This document shows positions 17,710 through 27,118 of a stretch of 64,000 bases of DNA, one piece after another. Position numbers and translations under genes: made by a program. Position 1 is the stretch's first letter. Each line of letters begins with the position of its first letter. Origin of the DNA: an uncultured virus (IMG/VR IMGVR_UViG_3300034106_001935) (Duplodnaviria; Heunggongvirae; Uroviricota; Caudoviricetes); the IMG/VR virus record IMGVR_UViG_3300034106_001935; one strand, 5' to 3'. The notes below the pieces were generated by a model. That model had not been told where the DNA came from, made no database searches, and was given only the letters and a program-made list of their open reading frames with translations.

Positions 17710-19163
17710 AAACTTGTAAAATTATTGTTAAGGATGAAGTTAATTGTAAAATAGAAAACTTGGATTTAGGAGACAGAAAAACGTTACTTCATATGTTTGA
17801 GTACGAAATTCCTGGTGCAAGGTATTTGCCCGCGGTTAGGTTAGGTCGTTGGAATGGTAAGGTAAGTTATTTTAGTTTAGGTGGTAGCACTTATCTTAAT
17901 CTATTGCCTGAGATTTTGCCCTTACTTGATCAGGCAGGATATGACATTCAGTTAGAGGACTTGCGCGAATACTCCACAACATTCAATTTTGCTCAAGTGT
18001 CCGAGGATCTATTTTCTCAACATGTATGGCCCAAGAAGCATCCATTAGAGGGTCAGCCTATTAAGTTGCGTGACTATCAAGTAGAAGTTATCAACCGTTT
18101 CTTAGAGAATCCGCAGTGTATTCAGGAAGTAGCAACAGGTGCAGGTAAAACAATTACAACGGCAGCATTGAGTTATAGCATACAAAACTATGGTCGCAGT
18201 ATCGTAATCGTTCCTAACAAGTCACTTGTTACACAAACAGAAGAAGATTATCGCAATGTAGGATTAGATGTAGGTGTCTACTTCGGTGATAGAAAAGAAA
18301 TAGGCAAGACACACACAATTTGTACTTGGCAAAGTCTCAACAATATGTTGAAGAAAACTAAAGCAGGTGAAGCAGAAATTCCTATCGGTGAGTTTATTGA
18401 AGATGTTGTTTGTATCATTGTAGACGAGGTGCATCAAGCAAAGGCAGACGCACTTAAAACACTAATGACTAGCGTATTCAGTCATGTACCTATTCGTTGG
18501 GGTCTTACTGGAACTATTCCCAAAGCAAAGTTTGAAGCACAAGCATTGTTTGTTAGTATCGGGTCCGTTGTAGGAAAACTAAGTGCCAGCGAATTACAAG
18601 ACAAAGGTGTGTTGGCACAATGTCATGTAAACATTGTGCAGTTACAAGATGGCGTAGAGTTTACAAACTATCAAAGTGAGCTAAAACATCTATTAGAAGA
18701 TAAGAAAAGATTAGACACAATCGCCGAGCTAATCTTAAAAATAAAAGACAGTGGTAATACTTTAATCCTTGTTGACCGTGTAGCAGCCGGCAAAGAATTA
18801 GTAGACCGATTACCTAATGCAGTATTTGTCAGTGGCGAAACAAAATTAACTGAAAGAAAAGAAGAATATGATGAGGTGGCGACGAGTAGTGATAAGATTA
18901 TTGTGGCGACTTACGGTGTGGCCGCTGTGGGTATTAATATTCCTCGGATTTTTAATCTGGTTCTTTTGGAGCCCGGAAAAAGCTTTGTTAGGGTTATACA
19001 ATCTATTGGGCGAGGCATTAGAAAAGCTGAGGACAAGGACTTCGTACAAATCTGGGACATAACAAGTAGTTGCAAGTTTGCCAAACGGCATTTGAGCCAA
19101 CGAAAAGCCTTTTACAAAGAGGCAAGTTATCCATTTGATATTGAAAAACTTAATTATAAGTGA
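17706..19163 (+). CDS. uvsW: SF2 DNA helicase UvsW-like
   Basis: LRDYQ, ATGAGKT, DEVH, GLTGT, QSIGRGIR. Confidence 0.9.
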   Translation: MKTCKIIVKDEVNCKIENLDLGDRKTLLHMFEYEIPGARYLPAVRLGRWNGKVSYFSLGGSTYLNLLPEILPLLDQAGYDIQLEDLREYSTTFNFAQVSEDLFSQHVWPKKHPLEGQPIKLRDYQVEVINRFLENPQCIQEVATGAGKTITTAALSYSIQNYGRSIVIVPNKSLVTQTEEDYRNVGLDVGVYFGDRKEIGKTHTICTWQSLNNMLKKTKAGEAEIPIGEFIEDVVCIIVDEVHQAKADALKTLMTSVFSHVPIRWGLTGTIPKAKFEAQALFVSIGSVVGKLSASELQDKGVLAQCHVNIVQLQDGVEFTNYQSELKHLLEDKKRLDTIAELILKIKDSGNTLILVDRVAAGKELVDRLPNAVFVSGETKLTERKEEYDEVATSSDKIIVATYGVAAVGINIPRIFNLVLLEPGKSFVRVIQSIGRGIRKAEDKDFVQIWDITSSCKFAKRHLSQRKAFYKEASYPFDIEKLNYK

Positions 19164-19175
19164 TATATTCATAAT

Positions 19176-19676
19176 ATGCGGATATTAACATTAGACAATC
19201 AACCTTACAACCTAGAAAATCTTCCCGAAGAAATAGACGATCTGCGTTTTGCAATACTAGACAACAGTAATCCACAAAATGTAGACTATCATTATATTCC
19301 ATTAATCTTTTTAGAAAGCTTTAGTGCGCCTGCACTGGTATTAAACATTGGCAACAAGCGTATTAAGATGCCAGTAGATTGGCAGATACTTATCGGTGAG
19401 AAAGAACACGGCGACTTAGAAACACTTCCACTTACTAGTATTAACGACAGGGGCTTTTCAGCATTTGAATTTAATCCACTTAGTAGCTTTAGACCAGATT
19501 TTCTACCCATTGAAATCATAGACATATACCATGATGTAACTTGGTATGCTCCTAGATTAAAGAACGGGCAGTTTTTATCTGTGCCCATTGACGATGGTCC
19601 TAAGCCCAGATGTGTTTACTTTGTTAAAGAGATTAGTAGAAACTGTGAGATTGTAGATTATAATCAGGCGTTTTGA
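19176..19676 (+). CDS. Hypothetical protein
   Basis: 166-aa ORF preceded by TTGAAA-17-TATATT. Confidence 0.7.
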   Translation: MRILTLDNQPYNLENLPEEIDDLRFAILDNSNPQNVDYHYIPLIFLESFSAPALVLNIGNKRIKMPVDWQILIGEKEHGDLETLPLTSINDRGFSAFEFNPLSSFRPDFLPIEIIDIYHDVTWYAPRLKNGQFLSVPIDDGPKPRCVYFVKEISRNCEIVDYNQAF

Positions 19677-20263
19677 TGGCAAAAGAAAAGTTATCCAAAG
19701 ACGAAAAGTTTGAAAAGCAGGATCTTGACTTGTTTGAAGTGCTTGCGGCTTTAGACAAAAAAGATTATGGATACTATGATAAGTTGACTGAGGAGCAACA
19801 GAAAAAGTTTGTTCCCTTTATGATGACTCATTGGATGAGCGCAATCAAAGGTAGTGAAGGCTTAAGCCGTTACTATGTAATGAGCGTTAACCAGTTCGCT
19901 AACAAATATTTGTTTAATGAAAATGTACAAAAGCATCCTAAACTAGTTTGGATGATGTTGTGTGCATCAAGTCCGGGTGTAGGTAAACAGTTTCATCAGT
20001 GGATCCCGCATATCTCAAGTAGTGTAAGTAAGTTAAAATCTCCGGCAAAAGTCAAAGACATTAAAGAGTACTTTGCAAAGGTATATCCAAACACAGATAG
20101 TAGTACATTGCAAGAATTCGCAGAAGAATTCGTCCGAGACAACAAGCGTAAAATTCATTTAAGTGAATTGTTTCCTTATCTTAAAATTGAAGATATTGAA
20201 ACATTAAATCAAATCGTAACCGACAAAGACATTGAACAATATGAAAAAGACAGGGGCAACTGA
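19673..20263 (+). CDS. Possible clamp-loader small subunit (gp62-like)
   Basis: LFEVLAAL..KKFVPFMM..WMS..N pattern and size; replication context. Confidence 0.45.
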   Translation: MMAKEKLSKDEKFEKQDLDLFEVLAALDKKDYGYYDKLTEEQQKKFVPFMMTHWMSAIKGSEGLSRYYVMSVNQFANKYLFNENVQKHPKLVWMMLCASSPGVGKQFHQWIPHISSSVSKLKSPAKVKDIKEYFAKVYPNTDSSTLQEFAEEFVRDNKRKIHLSELFPYLKIEDIETLNQIVTDKDIEQYEKDRGN

Positions 20264-20942
20264 AACTAAAAATTTTAGTTGTGATTTTTGTGGGCGTAGT
20301 TTTTTGCGCGAGACTACCATCGCAAAGCATTTGTGTGAATACAAACAACGATGGTTGAACAAAGAACTGCAAGGTAATAGACTGGGCTTTCAAGCATGGC
20401 TACAGTTTTACAAAAAGAATACTAGTACTAAAAAGCAAAAAACCTACGAAGAATTTATTAAGTCGGCATACTATACTGCATTCGTAAAATTCGGCACATA
20501 TTGTAGTGATGCCAATGTGTTGAATGTTAGCAGATTTGTAGATTGGCTGTTAAAGAATCAAGTCAAGATTGATACATGGAATACTGACACCACCTATACA
20601 AAATTTCTAGTTGAATACTTGCGTGAAGAAGATCCACTTGATGCAGTTGCAAGAAGTATTGAAACAACACAAAAACTAGCTGAAGTTGAAACGATACAAA
20701 CTAAAGATGTATTGCGTTATGCTAACCGTAACCGTGTTTGTTATGCGATAACAACAGGTAAAATTAGCCCATGGATGTTATATCAAAGTAATAGTGGCAC
20801 AAAGTTTTTAGATGAACTAGATCAAACACAGGTTAAGATGGTTCTTGATTATATTAATCCTGAACTATGGGCTATCAAATTTAAACGGAATCCCGACAAA
20901 GTAAAAGAAATCAAGGGTTTGCTTGATGCCGCAGGATACTAA
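20232..20942 (+). CDS. Hypothetical protein with N-terminal zinc finger
   Basis: CDFCGRSF..E.T..KHLC. Confidence 0.7.
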   Translation: MNNMKKTGATETKNFSCDFCGRSFLRETTIAKHLCEYKQRWLNKELQGNRLGFQAWLQFYKKNTSTKKQKTYEEFIKSAYYTAFVKFGTYCSDANVLNVSRFVDWLLKNQVKIDTWNTDTTYTKFLVEYLREEDPLDAVARSIETTQKLAEVETIQTKDVLRYANRNRVCYAITTGKISPWMLYQSNSGTKFLDELDQTQVKMVLDYINPELWAIKFKRNPDKVKEIKGLLDAAGY

Positions 20943-21135
20943 ATACAAGTATACCGTCAATATTCCATGGAAGTACGGAGATACAATTTCAAATTGGGAT
21001 GAAAAATGTATCTTTGCCATAGAAACATTTGGACTTCCGGGGTTGAAGTATATTACTCATCTTACCGAAGATAGTATGGATTTTATTTTTATGGAAGAAA
21101 AGGACGCTATACATTTTTCTTTAGTATGTTTATAA
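20923..21135 (+). CDS. Small protein, F.F..E.DA..F.L paralog family
   Basis: C-terminus FIFMEEKDAIHFSLVCL. Confidence 0.6.
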   Translation: MMPQDTKYKYTVNIPWKYGDTISNWDEKCIFAIETFGLPGLKYITHLTEDSMDFIFMEEKDAIHFSLVCL

Positions 21136-21392
21136 AATTACTAAAATTTGATTTGCCATATGGTGCTGGTGGTATGTCAGCGCAAATGGCTAGAGCATTA
21201 GTACTAAGAAGATTTGAACGATTCCGCAAAGAACAAGGTGTAGAGTTTAAGTATCAAACTGCGGGTTATGAATTGTTTGTATGGTTCACTAAAGAAAGTG
21301 ACTATACATACTTTACATTGATGTATGATCCTAACGATGATTGGCGCCCATACACATTAGTAGAAAAAGAGATTACAGGTGAGCAAGACTGA
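21126..21392 (+). CDS. Small protein, same paralog family
   Basis: VWFTKESDYTYFTLMY. Confidence 0.65.
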   Translation: MFIKLLKFDLPYGAGGMSAQMARALVLRRFERFRKEQGVEFKYQTAGYELFVWFTKESDYTYFTLMYDPNDDWRPYTLVEKEITGEQD

Positions 21393-21630
21393 TGTTGCTG
21401 TCTTTAATTACTATGATTATGATAAAGGATGGGACAATACTAATCCAGGATGGTATACTATCATTTTAGAAAACACAAGTCCGTTCAAACACTCTGAAAT
21501 AGTAACTTGGCTCTATGAGAATATAGATGGAACTGAACGGCATACTAGATGGATACGATTTGCGGAAAGTTCTGGCTTTAAATTTAGATATGAGCGTGAT
21601 TATATTATGTTTACATTGAGATGGTCATGA
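21379..21630 (+). CDS. Small protein, same paralog family
   Basis: FKFRYERDYIMFTLRWS. Confidence 0.65.
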   Translation: MSKTDVAVFNYYDYDKGWDNTNPGWYTIILENTSPFKHSEIVTWLYENIDGTERHTRWIRFAESSGFKFRYERDYIMFTLRWS

Positions 21631-21959
21631 GTAGCCCTTTTATATTAAATAAGTTAAAACACAAATACACAGTTACATGGCCCGCATTCCACGACATACG
21701 AGGTAATGACAGTTGCAATAACTTACTCAAAATGTTATTTGAAAAATTTAAATTAAATCAGGTGCAGTTGCTATTGAATACCGACAACATGGTTACTATT
21801 AATGCCCATGTTTGGTATAGCAATAGTGGAATGAATTATAGCGAATGGTTAATGAGCCAATATAACATTACTGGAGTTGTGTTTGATAGTAAAGAACACG
21901 CAACTGACCTACAAACAGAATTAGAAAAAAGGTACATGTGGAAACTCCTAAAAGCATAA
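21621..21959 (+). CDS. Small protein, probable divergent member of the family
   Basis: VVFDSKEHA..L. Confidence 0.6.
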   Translation: MVMSSPFILNKLKHKYTVTWPAFHDIRGNDSCNNLLKMLFEKFKLNQVQLLLNTDNMVTINAHVWYSNSGMNYSEWLMSQYNITGVVFDSKEHATDLQTELEKRYMWKLLKA

Positions 21960-22171
21960 ATATAGAATGGGTAGATAATGTAGTTAGGCTGTACAAAATT
22001 AAAGCTACAGAAGCAATAGACTACAAGTATGAACTTATAAGAGCAGGTCTTGTTCTTGATGTTGATTTTCAATGGGTATGGTATACACCTACTGAGGACG
22101 CAACATCAAAAGTAGAATTTATTTTTAAAAACCCTGCTCATGCTACCTTATATAAATTAAAATGGGAATAG
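21938..22171 (+). CDS. Small protein, same paralog family
   Basis: FIFKNPAHATLYKLKWE. Confidence 0.65.
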   Translation: METPKSINIEWVDNVVRLYKIKATEAIDYKYELIRAGLVLDVDFQWVWYTPTEDATSKVEFIFKNPAHATLYKLKWE

Positions 22172-22172
22172 T

Positions 22173-22874
22173 ATGAATGTAGTTAAACACCAGCTTACCA
22201 CAGGCAACGGCTACCTTATCCTTGAAAAAATAATACCAGATGAATTGATTGATAGTATCTTGGCTAAAAAAGAATTACTGTATCCAGTTCGTGCTAGTTC
22301 TAGTAACAAAAAGTATGCCGAGCGTAATGAGATTGAAAAATTACCTAATGTAAGTGTTTGGTGGAGCCAATTTGTTATGGATTGGCCCGAAGTTATACAA
22401 ATAGAACAATTAATAAACCCCACAGTTAATATGCATCTGCCTAAAGCAGAATGGTATGCTAGCGACATTGTAACTATAAACGCAGGATCTACTTGGATCA
22501 ATCCCCATGTTGATACTCCGCATAGATTTAAAAAATATAACTTTAACAAAAACTTTTTAGGCATACAAGCTATAGTTTCCTTATATGACTTAGATAAAAC
22601 TAATGGAGCTACAGGTATAGTTCCTAAAAGTCAAATGGTAAATTACAATATAGATTTTTGTTATCAGGGAATGTACGACGGATTCTTTAAAGCGAATTCT
22701 ATTCAGCCCTCTTTACCAAAAGGTAGTGTGTTGCTATATAACTCTAGGGTATTGCATTCTAGTATGCCCAATCCTACTAAACAAAATCGCCCAGCTCTCT
22801 TGCTTAATTATCTTGACAGTAGTATCATTGAAGATGTAAGAAGTCTAGATAATATTTGGCAAAGTAATGGCTAG
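22173..22874 (+). CDS. Fe(II)/2-oxoglutarate dioxygenase, PhyH family
   Basis: NGYLILEKII, HVD (HxD), NGATGIVPKS, GSVLLYNSRVLHSS.PN....R. Confidence 0.85.
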   Translation: MNVVKHQLTTGNGYLILEKIIPDELIDSILAKKELLYPVRASSSNKKYAERNEIEKLPNVSVWWSQFVMDWPEVIQIEQLINPTVNMHLPKAEWYASDIVTINAGSTWINPHVDTPHRFKKYNFNKNFLGIQAIVSLYDLDKTNGATGIVPKSQMVNYNIDFCYQGMYDGFFKANSIQPSLPKGSVLLYNSRVLHSSMPNPTKQNRPALLLNYLDSSIIEDVRSLDNIWQSNG

Positions 22875-23148
22875 CATCCCTAAAAGTTTTCAAGACTATG
22901 ATGAAGATGACCCGTTGAACGATCAACGGAAAAAACGCTGGGATTACTGGGCAGCATTAAAACAAGTTCGGCAAGAATATATGAGTATCTTGGATACATC
23001 AAGTAATCAATTTGATGCCTACGAATTTGAAGATTATCTAGAAAATAATTATGGTGTAAAGATGAACATGGTCAATGGTAACATTACTGATGGTTACAAG
23101 ATTATGGACGAGAAAAAATATTTACTATTTCTATTAAAGTTTCAGTAA
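22867..23148 (+). CDS. Hypothetical protein, related to the small paralog family
   Basis: YKIMDEKKYLLFLLKFQ C-terminus. Confidence 0.65.
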   Translation: MASIPKSFQDYDEDDPLNDQRKKRWDYWAALKQVRQEYMSILDTSSNQFDAYEFEDYLENNYGVKMNMVNGNITDGYKIMDEKKYLLFLLKFQ

Positions 23149-23705
23149 TGGCAAATGATATAATGGTTGATCTGGAGACGCTTGACACAAGCCCTTATTG
23201 TGTTATACTTACCATCGGGGCTGTGAGATTTGATCCTAAGGGTCAAGGTGTTATAGAACGGTTAGAGTTGCGTCCTACAATTGAGGATCAGACAGAAATA
23301 CACAACAGAGTTATCAACGAAGATACATTGCGTTGGTGGAGTACACAAAGTCCTGAAGCAATGGAAGAAGCATTGGGAGATAGGGATCGTATTTCATTTA
23401 AAGAATGTATGGAACAACTTTATAAGTTTTGTTGGAATCGTAGAGCAGTTTGGAGTAACGGAGCGGCATTTGATGTGGTCGCATGCGAAACAGGCATGCG
23501 TCAAACATTAACTGATTATCCTAATCCTATACCCTGGCCTTTCTATACTGTTCGTGATACTAGAACATTGTATGAGATTGCCGGAGTAAAATTAAAAGAT
23601 GGTGGACACAAGACTAGTCACAAAGCAGTAGAAGATGCTGAACGACAGGCAATTGTTGTACAACAGGCTTACATGAAATTAATGAAGGCAGGTTTTATGT
23701 CATGA
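23148..23705 (+). CDS. DEDD(h) 3'-5' exonuclease
   Basis: MVDLETL, WSNGAAFD, RDTRTL, HKAVEDA. Confidence 0.85.
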   Translation: MANDIMVDLETLDTSPYCVILTIGAVRFDPKGQGVIERLELRPTIEDQTEIHNRVINEDTLRWWSTQSPEAMEEALGDRDRISFKECMEQLYKFCWNRRAVWSNGAAFDVVACETGMRQTLTDYPNPIPWPFYTVRDTRTLYEIAGVKLKDGGHKTSHKAVEDAERQAIVVQQAYMKLMKAGFMS

Positions 23706-24292
23706 CCTACACATTTGTTTCAGCATTGATGCTACTGATACTTATATTTGATCCGTTTGGAAATTTTCCCATCTTTAGTAGTACACTAAAAAAGTATAGC
23801 GTAGAAAAAAGAAGTTGGATTATCGTGCGTGAGCATTTTATTGCTTTCGGTATTCTATTTCTTTTTATGATTGTGGGTCAGCACTTTTTAAGTGCATTGG
23901 GATTAAGTAATGCTAGTCTCCAATTAGCAGGCGCAGTTATTTTATTTCTTATTGCTATAAAAATGGTATTTCCTAATGATTCTAATGTTGAAGAAGAAAT
24001 ATTGGACCATGAACCATTTATAGTGCCATTGGCAATACCATTGATTGCAGGACCTAGTGCGTTAGCTACTGTGATGTTATTAGTTAGTCAGCAACCCGAT
24101 GAGTTTTGGGTATGGGTGGCAGCGATGGGAGTAGGTATTACCATAAGTATGATTGCTTTATTAATAGGTGATAGAATACAACATCTATTGGGTAATAGAT
24201 TTTTAATTGCTATGGAAAGATTAATGGGTCTTATATTGGTAGCAGTTAGCGTTGAAATGTTATTGCGTGGCATAAAAACAATACAATTATGA
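23702..24292 (+). CDS. marC: MarC family inner-membrane protein
   Basis: DPFGNFPIF, AGAVILFLIAIKM, VPLAIPLIAGPSALA, ERLMGLIL; about six TM segments. Confidence 0.88.
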   Translation: MTYTFVSALMLLILIFDPFGNFPIFSSTLKKYSVEKRSWIIVREHFIAFGILFLFMIVGQHFLSALGLSNASLQLAGAVILFLIAIKMVFPNDSNVEEEILDHEPFIVPLAIPLIAGPSALATVMLLVSQQPDEFWVWVAAMGVGITISMIALLIGDRIQHLLGNRFLIAMERLMGLILVAVSVEMLLRGIKTIQL

Positions 24293-24873
24293 AAATTGAT
24301 ACTGATGTAGACATTGACTTAGCAGATAGAAGTACATTACTGCAACATATAAAACATATCCCTTCAGCTATGCTAAAGGTAAATCCTATTCGCAAGCATG
24401 CTACTGGAGTTCATATTACAGAAATACCCTACGATCCTGTAAATGATATGGCAGCTATTGACTATTCAGACGCAGAAAAGAGGGGTTATTTTAAGTTGGA
24501 TTTATTGAATGTACATGTTTATAAGCATGTCCGTGATGAAAAGCATTTGATAGAACTTATGCGGGATCCTGACTGGAAGAAATTGAATGATCCGTTCTTT
24601 GTAGAAAAACTAATTCATATTGGAAATCATTATCCGTCACTAACTAAGATGCCTGAACCAGTCAATAGTATTCCTAGACTTGCTATGTTTCTAGCATTGA
24701 TTCGCCCGGGAAAAAAGCATCTGATTGGACTACCCTGGATTGAAGTAGCAAAAACAATATGGGATCGTGGCACTGACGGATATCAGTTTAAGAAAGCACA
24801 CGCGGTTGGGTATGCGTGGCTAGTAGCAGTACATATGAATTTATTAGTAGAATTAGGAAATACGCTTGACTAG
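24289..24873 (+). CDS. Miniature DNA polymerase III alpha (DnaE)-like protein
   Basis: DVDIDL, KHATGV, GYFKLDLL, ALIRPG, GYQFKKAHAVGYA in DnaE order within 194 aa. Confidence 0.75.
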   Translation: MKIDTDVDIDLADRSTLLQHIKHIPSAMLKVNPIRKHATGVHITEIPYDPVNDMAAIDYSDAEKRGYFKLDLLNVHVYKHVRDEKHLIELMRDPDWKKLNDPFFVEKLIHIGNHYPSLTKMPEPVNSIPRLAMFLALIRPGKKHLIGLPWIEVAKTIWDRGTDGYQFKKAHAVGYAWLVAVHMNLLVELGNTLD

Positions 24874-25233
24874 CGTGATACTACGCCTCTTACTACGGCG
24901 TTTGTGAAGTTCATTCATACTACATGTGGGCCCGTGTAAAATTACTAAACTTTTATTATTAAAAGTTCTTAGATAGGGCTTAAAAATACTCCATTCATCT
25001 TTCAAAAATAGATTTATAGGTATAAGTCTATTGCTTTCCCACCACCAAATATCACCTAGTTCTAAGAATTTACTCTTGATTTCCTGATCAACAATGGCTC
25101 CGTAATCATATATTGTGGTGACTGTATCATCCCTGTTTTGCACTATTCCTACATAGTCTTGATTAGCGTATGAGCAAACCGTTATAAAGGGATGATTTTC
25201 GCTCAACTTCTTAAAAAAATCGTTTAAAGCCAT
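24853..25233 (-). CDS. Hypothetical protein
   Basis: 126-aa ORF with basic C-terminus; convergent overlap. Confidence 0.7.
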   Translation of the reverse strand: MALNDFFKKLSENHPFITVCSYANQDYVGIVQNRDDTVTTIYDYGAIVDQEIKSKFLELGDIWWWESNRLIPINLFLKDEWSIFKPYLRTFNNKSLVILHGPTCSMNELHKRRSKRRSITLVKRIS

Positions 25234-25325
25234 TAATTATTATATGAATAACTATTATTTACTCACCTTACCCGAACTATTTATTTTAATTTTTTTCATG
25301 CTAAATACAGTAAAGGAAATCTTTT

Positions 25326-26108
25326 GTGTATTCAACATCGGTTTTTATTTACACACAACGACAGATAGTTGTGTTATTGACGGGCAATTCAGTAAGGAAA
25401 TATATGCCACAGTATGCCAAACCTCTAACTCTACATAAGGGAGTTGACAATCAGCTCCAGTTTCAATTTTTAAATCAAGAACAAAAGCCAGTTGACATTA
25501 CTGGAAAAAGCATAGTTTTTAGAGCTATCAGTTATAATGGTAGCGAAGTTCTATTGCGAAAAGCATTGACATTACAGTTACCATTAACAGGTATCGCATC
25601 ATTATATTTGAATGCAGCAGACATTGAAAATATTGATGCACAAAGAGCACATTATTCATTAGAAATTCCAATCGGTGAATTTGATTTCCCGGTTTTCGTG
25701 GATCAGAATGCAGGCGCCCGCGGAGATTTGTATATTGTTAATTCTGTATTACCTGCATTTATTCCTAGCGAAACTATTACAATTCCTACAGGACAACCGT
25801 TTCCTAATTTAAATCCTGATGTAAATCCCAATAATCCATTACCTAACGCTAACATTTACTATAGTAGTGTTATCAACACAGAAGACAATCCCGTACTAAC
25901 CATACAAACTCATTTGACAGAGTTTAACGGTACGGTTGGAATTGAAGGATCTACTATTGTTGACGGTGATTGGTATCCAATTACTATTAGTGAAGATTAT
26001 GCCAATGTAACTGACACATTTGGATGGTCTATTCGTGGATATCACCCATATGTAAGAATGGTATTTACGAGCAACGCCGGCGTTGCAACAAACATATTGG
26101 CTAGATAA
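25326..26108 (+). CDS. Hypothetical, probably late/structural beta-rich protein
   Basis: CTAAATA promoter variant and AAGGA RBS; GTG start. Confidence 0.65.
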   Translation: MYSTSVFIYTQRQIVVLLTGNSVRKYMPQYAKPLTLHKGVDNQLQFQFLNQEQKPVDITGKSIVFRAISYNGSEVLLRKALTLQLPLTGIASLYLNAADIENIDAQRAHYSLEIPIGEFDFPVFVDQNAGARGDLYIVNSVLPAFIPSETITIPTGQPFPNLNPDVNPNNPLPNANIYYSSVINTEDNPVLTIQTHLTEFNGTVGIEGSTIVDGDWYPITISEDYANVTDTFGWSIRGYHPYVRMVFTSNAGVATNILAR

Positions 26109-26143
26109 TAGTTGATCTTCTATAGAAATCATGTTATACTTAC

Positions 26144-27118
26144 ATGATGTTTGATATCCTGTCTGTTATTCCGGGTAAGAAAAAACTCACACAAAGCGGT
26201 TGGCATAGTTTCAACGCAGTGTGTTGCCATAATCGTGGTCACAAACCCGATAAACGCAGTCGCGGCGGAATCAGAATGGACGGTGATAATTGGAGTATGC
26301 ATTGTTTCAACTGTGGGTTCAAGTGTGGATTCATGTTGGGAAAAAGCATAACCAAAAATACAAAACAATTATTGATGTGGTCTGGCATAGACGAACAGCA
26401 AATCCAACGCTGGAGCCTTGAAAGTTTACAGCATAAAGATTTATTGTCTTATGTACAAGTTAAAAAGAATAAAAAGAAAATCAAGTTTAAAGAACATACT
26501 CTTCCCGAAGGTGAATTACTTGATGTAAACAATCCATTACACAAAGTATATGTGGATTATGTGCAGGCACGGGGTATAAATGTTAGTGACTACCCGTTCA
26601 TGATTACACCAAATGAAAGTGGTCGCCAAGGCAATAGAATAATCATTCCATATACCTATCAAAATAAAATTGTAGGTCACACCAGTCGCTTCTTAGACAA
26701 CAAGACACCTAAATACATCAATGAGCAACAGCAAGGATATGTGTTTGGTATTGATTTTCAAAAACCTGAATATGAAGTTTGTATATTGGTAGAAGGTATT
26801 TTTGACGCATTAAGTATCAATGGTTGTGCGTTAACTCATAACACAATTAATGATGACCAAGTTGAGTTATTGAGCCAACTCAATAGAAAAATTATCTTTG
26901 TACCAGATCGTGATAAGACAGGGCTTAGTACTTGTGATAAAGCATTAGAATTAGGATATAGTGTTAGTATACCAAATTGGGACAATGATGTAAAAGATGT
27001 AAACGATGCAGTAGTAAAATATGGTAAACTCCCTACATTACTAAGTATCTTACAGAGTGCAACTACAAGTAAAGTCAAAATAGAAATACAGAGGAGAAAA
27101 CTTGAGCACAGAATATAA
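26144..27118 (+). CDS. gp61: DNA primase (gp61-like)
   Basis: Zn-binding CCH..HCFNCG, TOPRIM LVEGIFDA and PDRD, KDVND. Confidence 0.88.
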   Translation: MMFDILSVIPGKKKLTQSGWHSFNAVCCHNRGHKPDKRSRGGIRMDGDNWSMHCFNCGFKCGFMLGKSITKNTKQLLMWSGIDEQQIQRWSLESLQHKDLLSYVQVKKNKKKIKFKEHTLPEGELLDVNNPLHKVYVDYVQARGINVSDYPFMITPNESGRQGNRIIIPYTYQNKIVGHTSRFLDNKTPKYINEQQQGYVFGIDFQKPEYEVCILVEGIFDALSINGCALTHNTINDDQVELLSQLNRKIIFVPDRDKTGLSTCDKALELGYSVSIPNWDNDVKDVNDAVVKYGKLPTLLSILQSATTSKVKIEIQRRKLEHRI

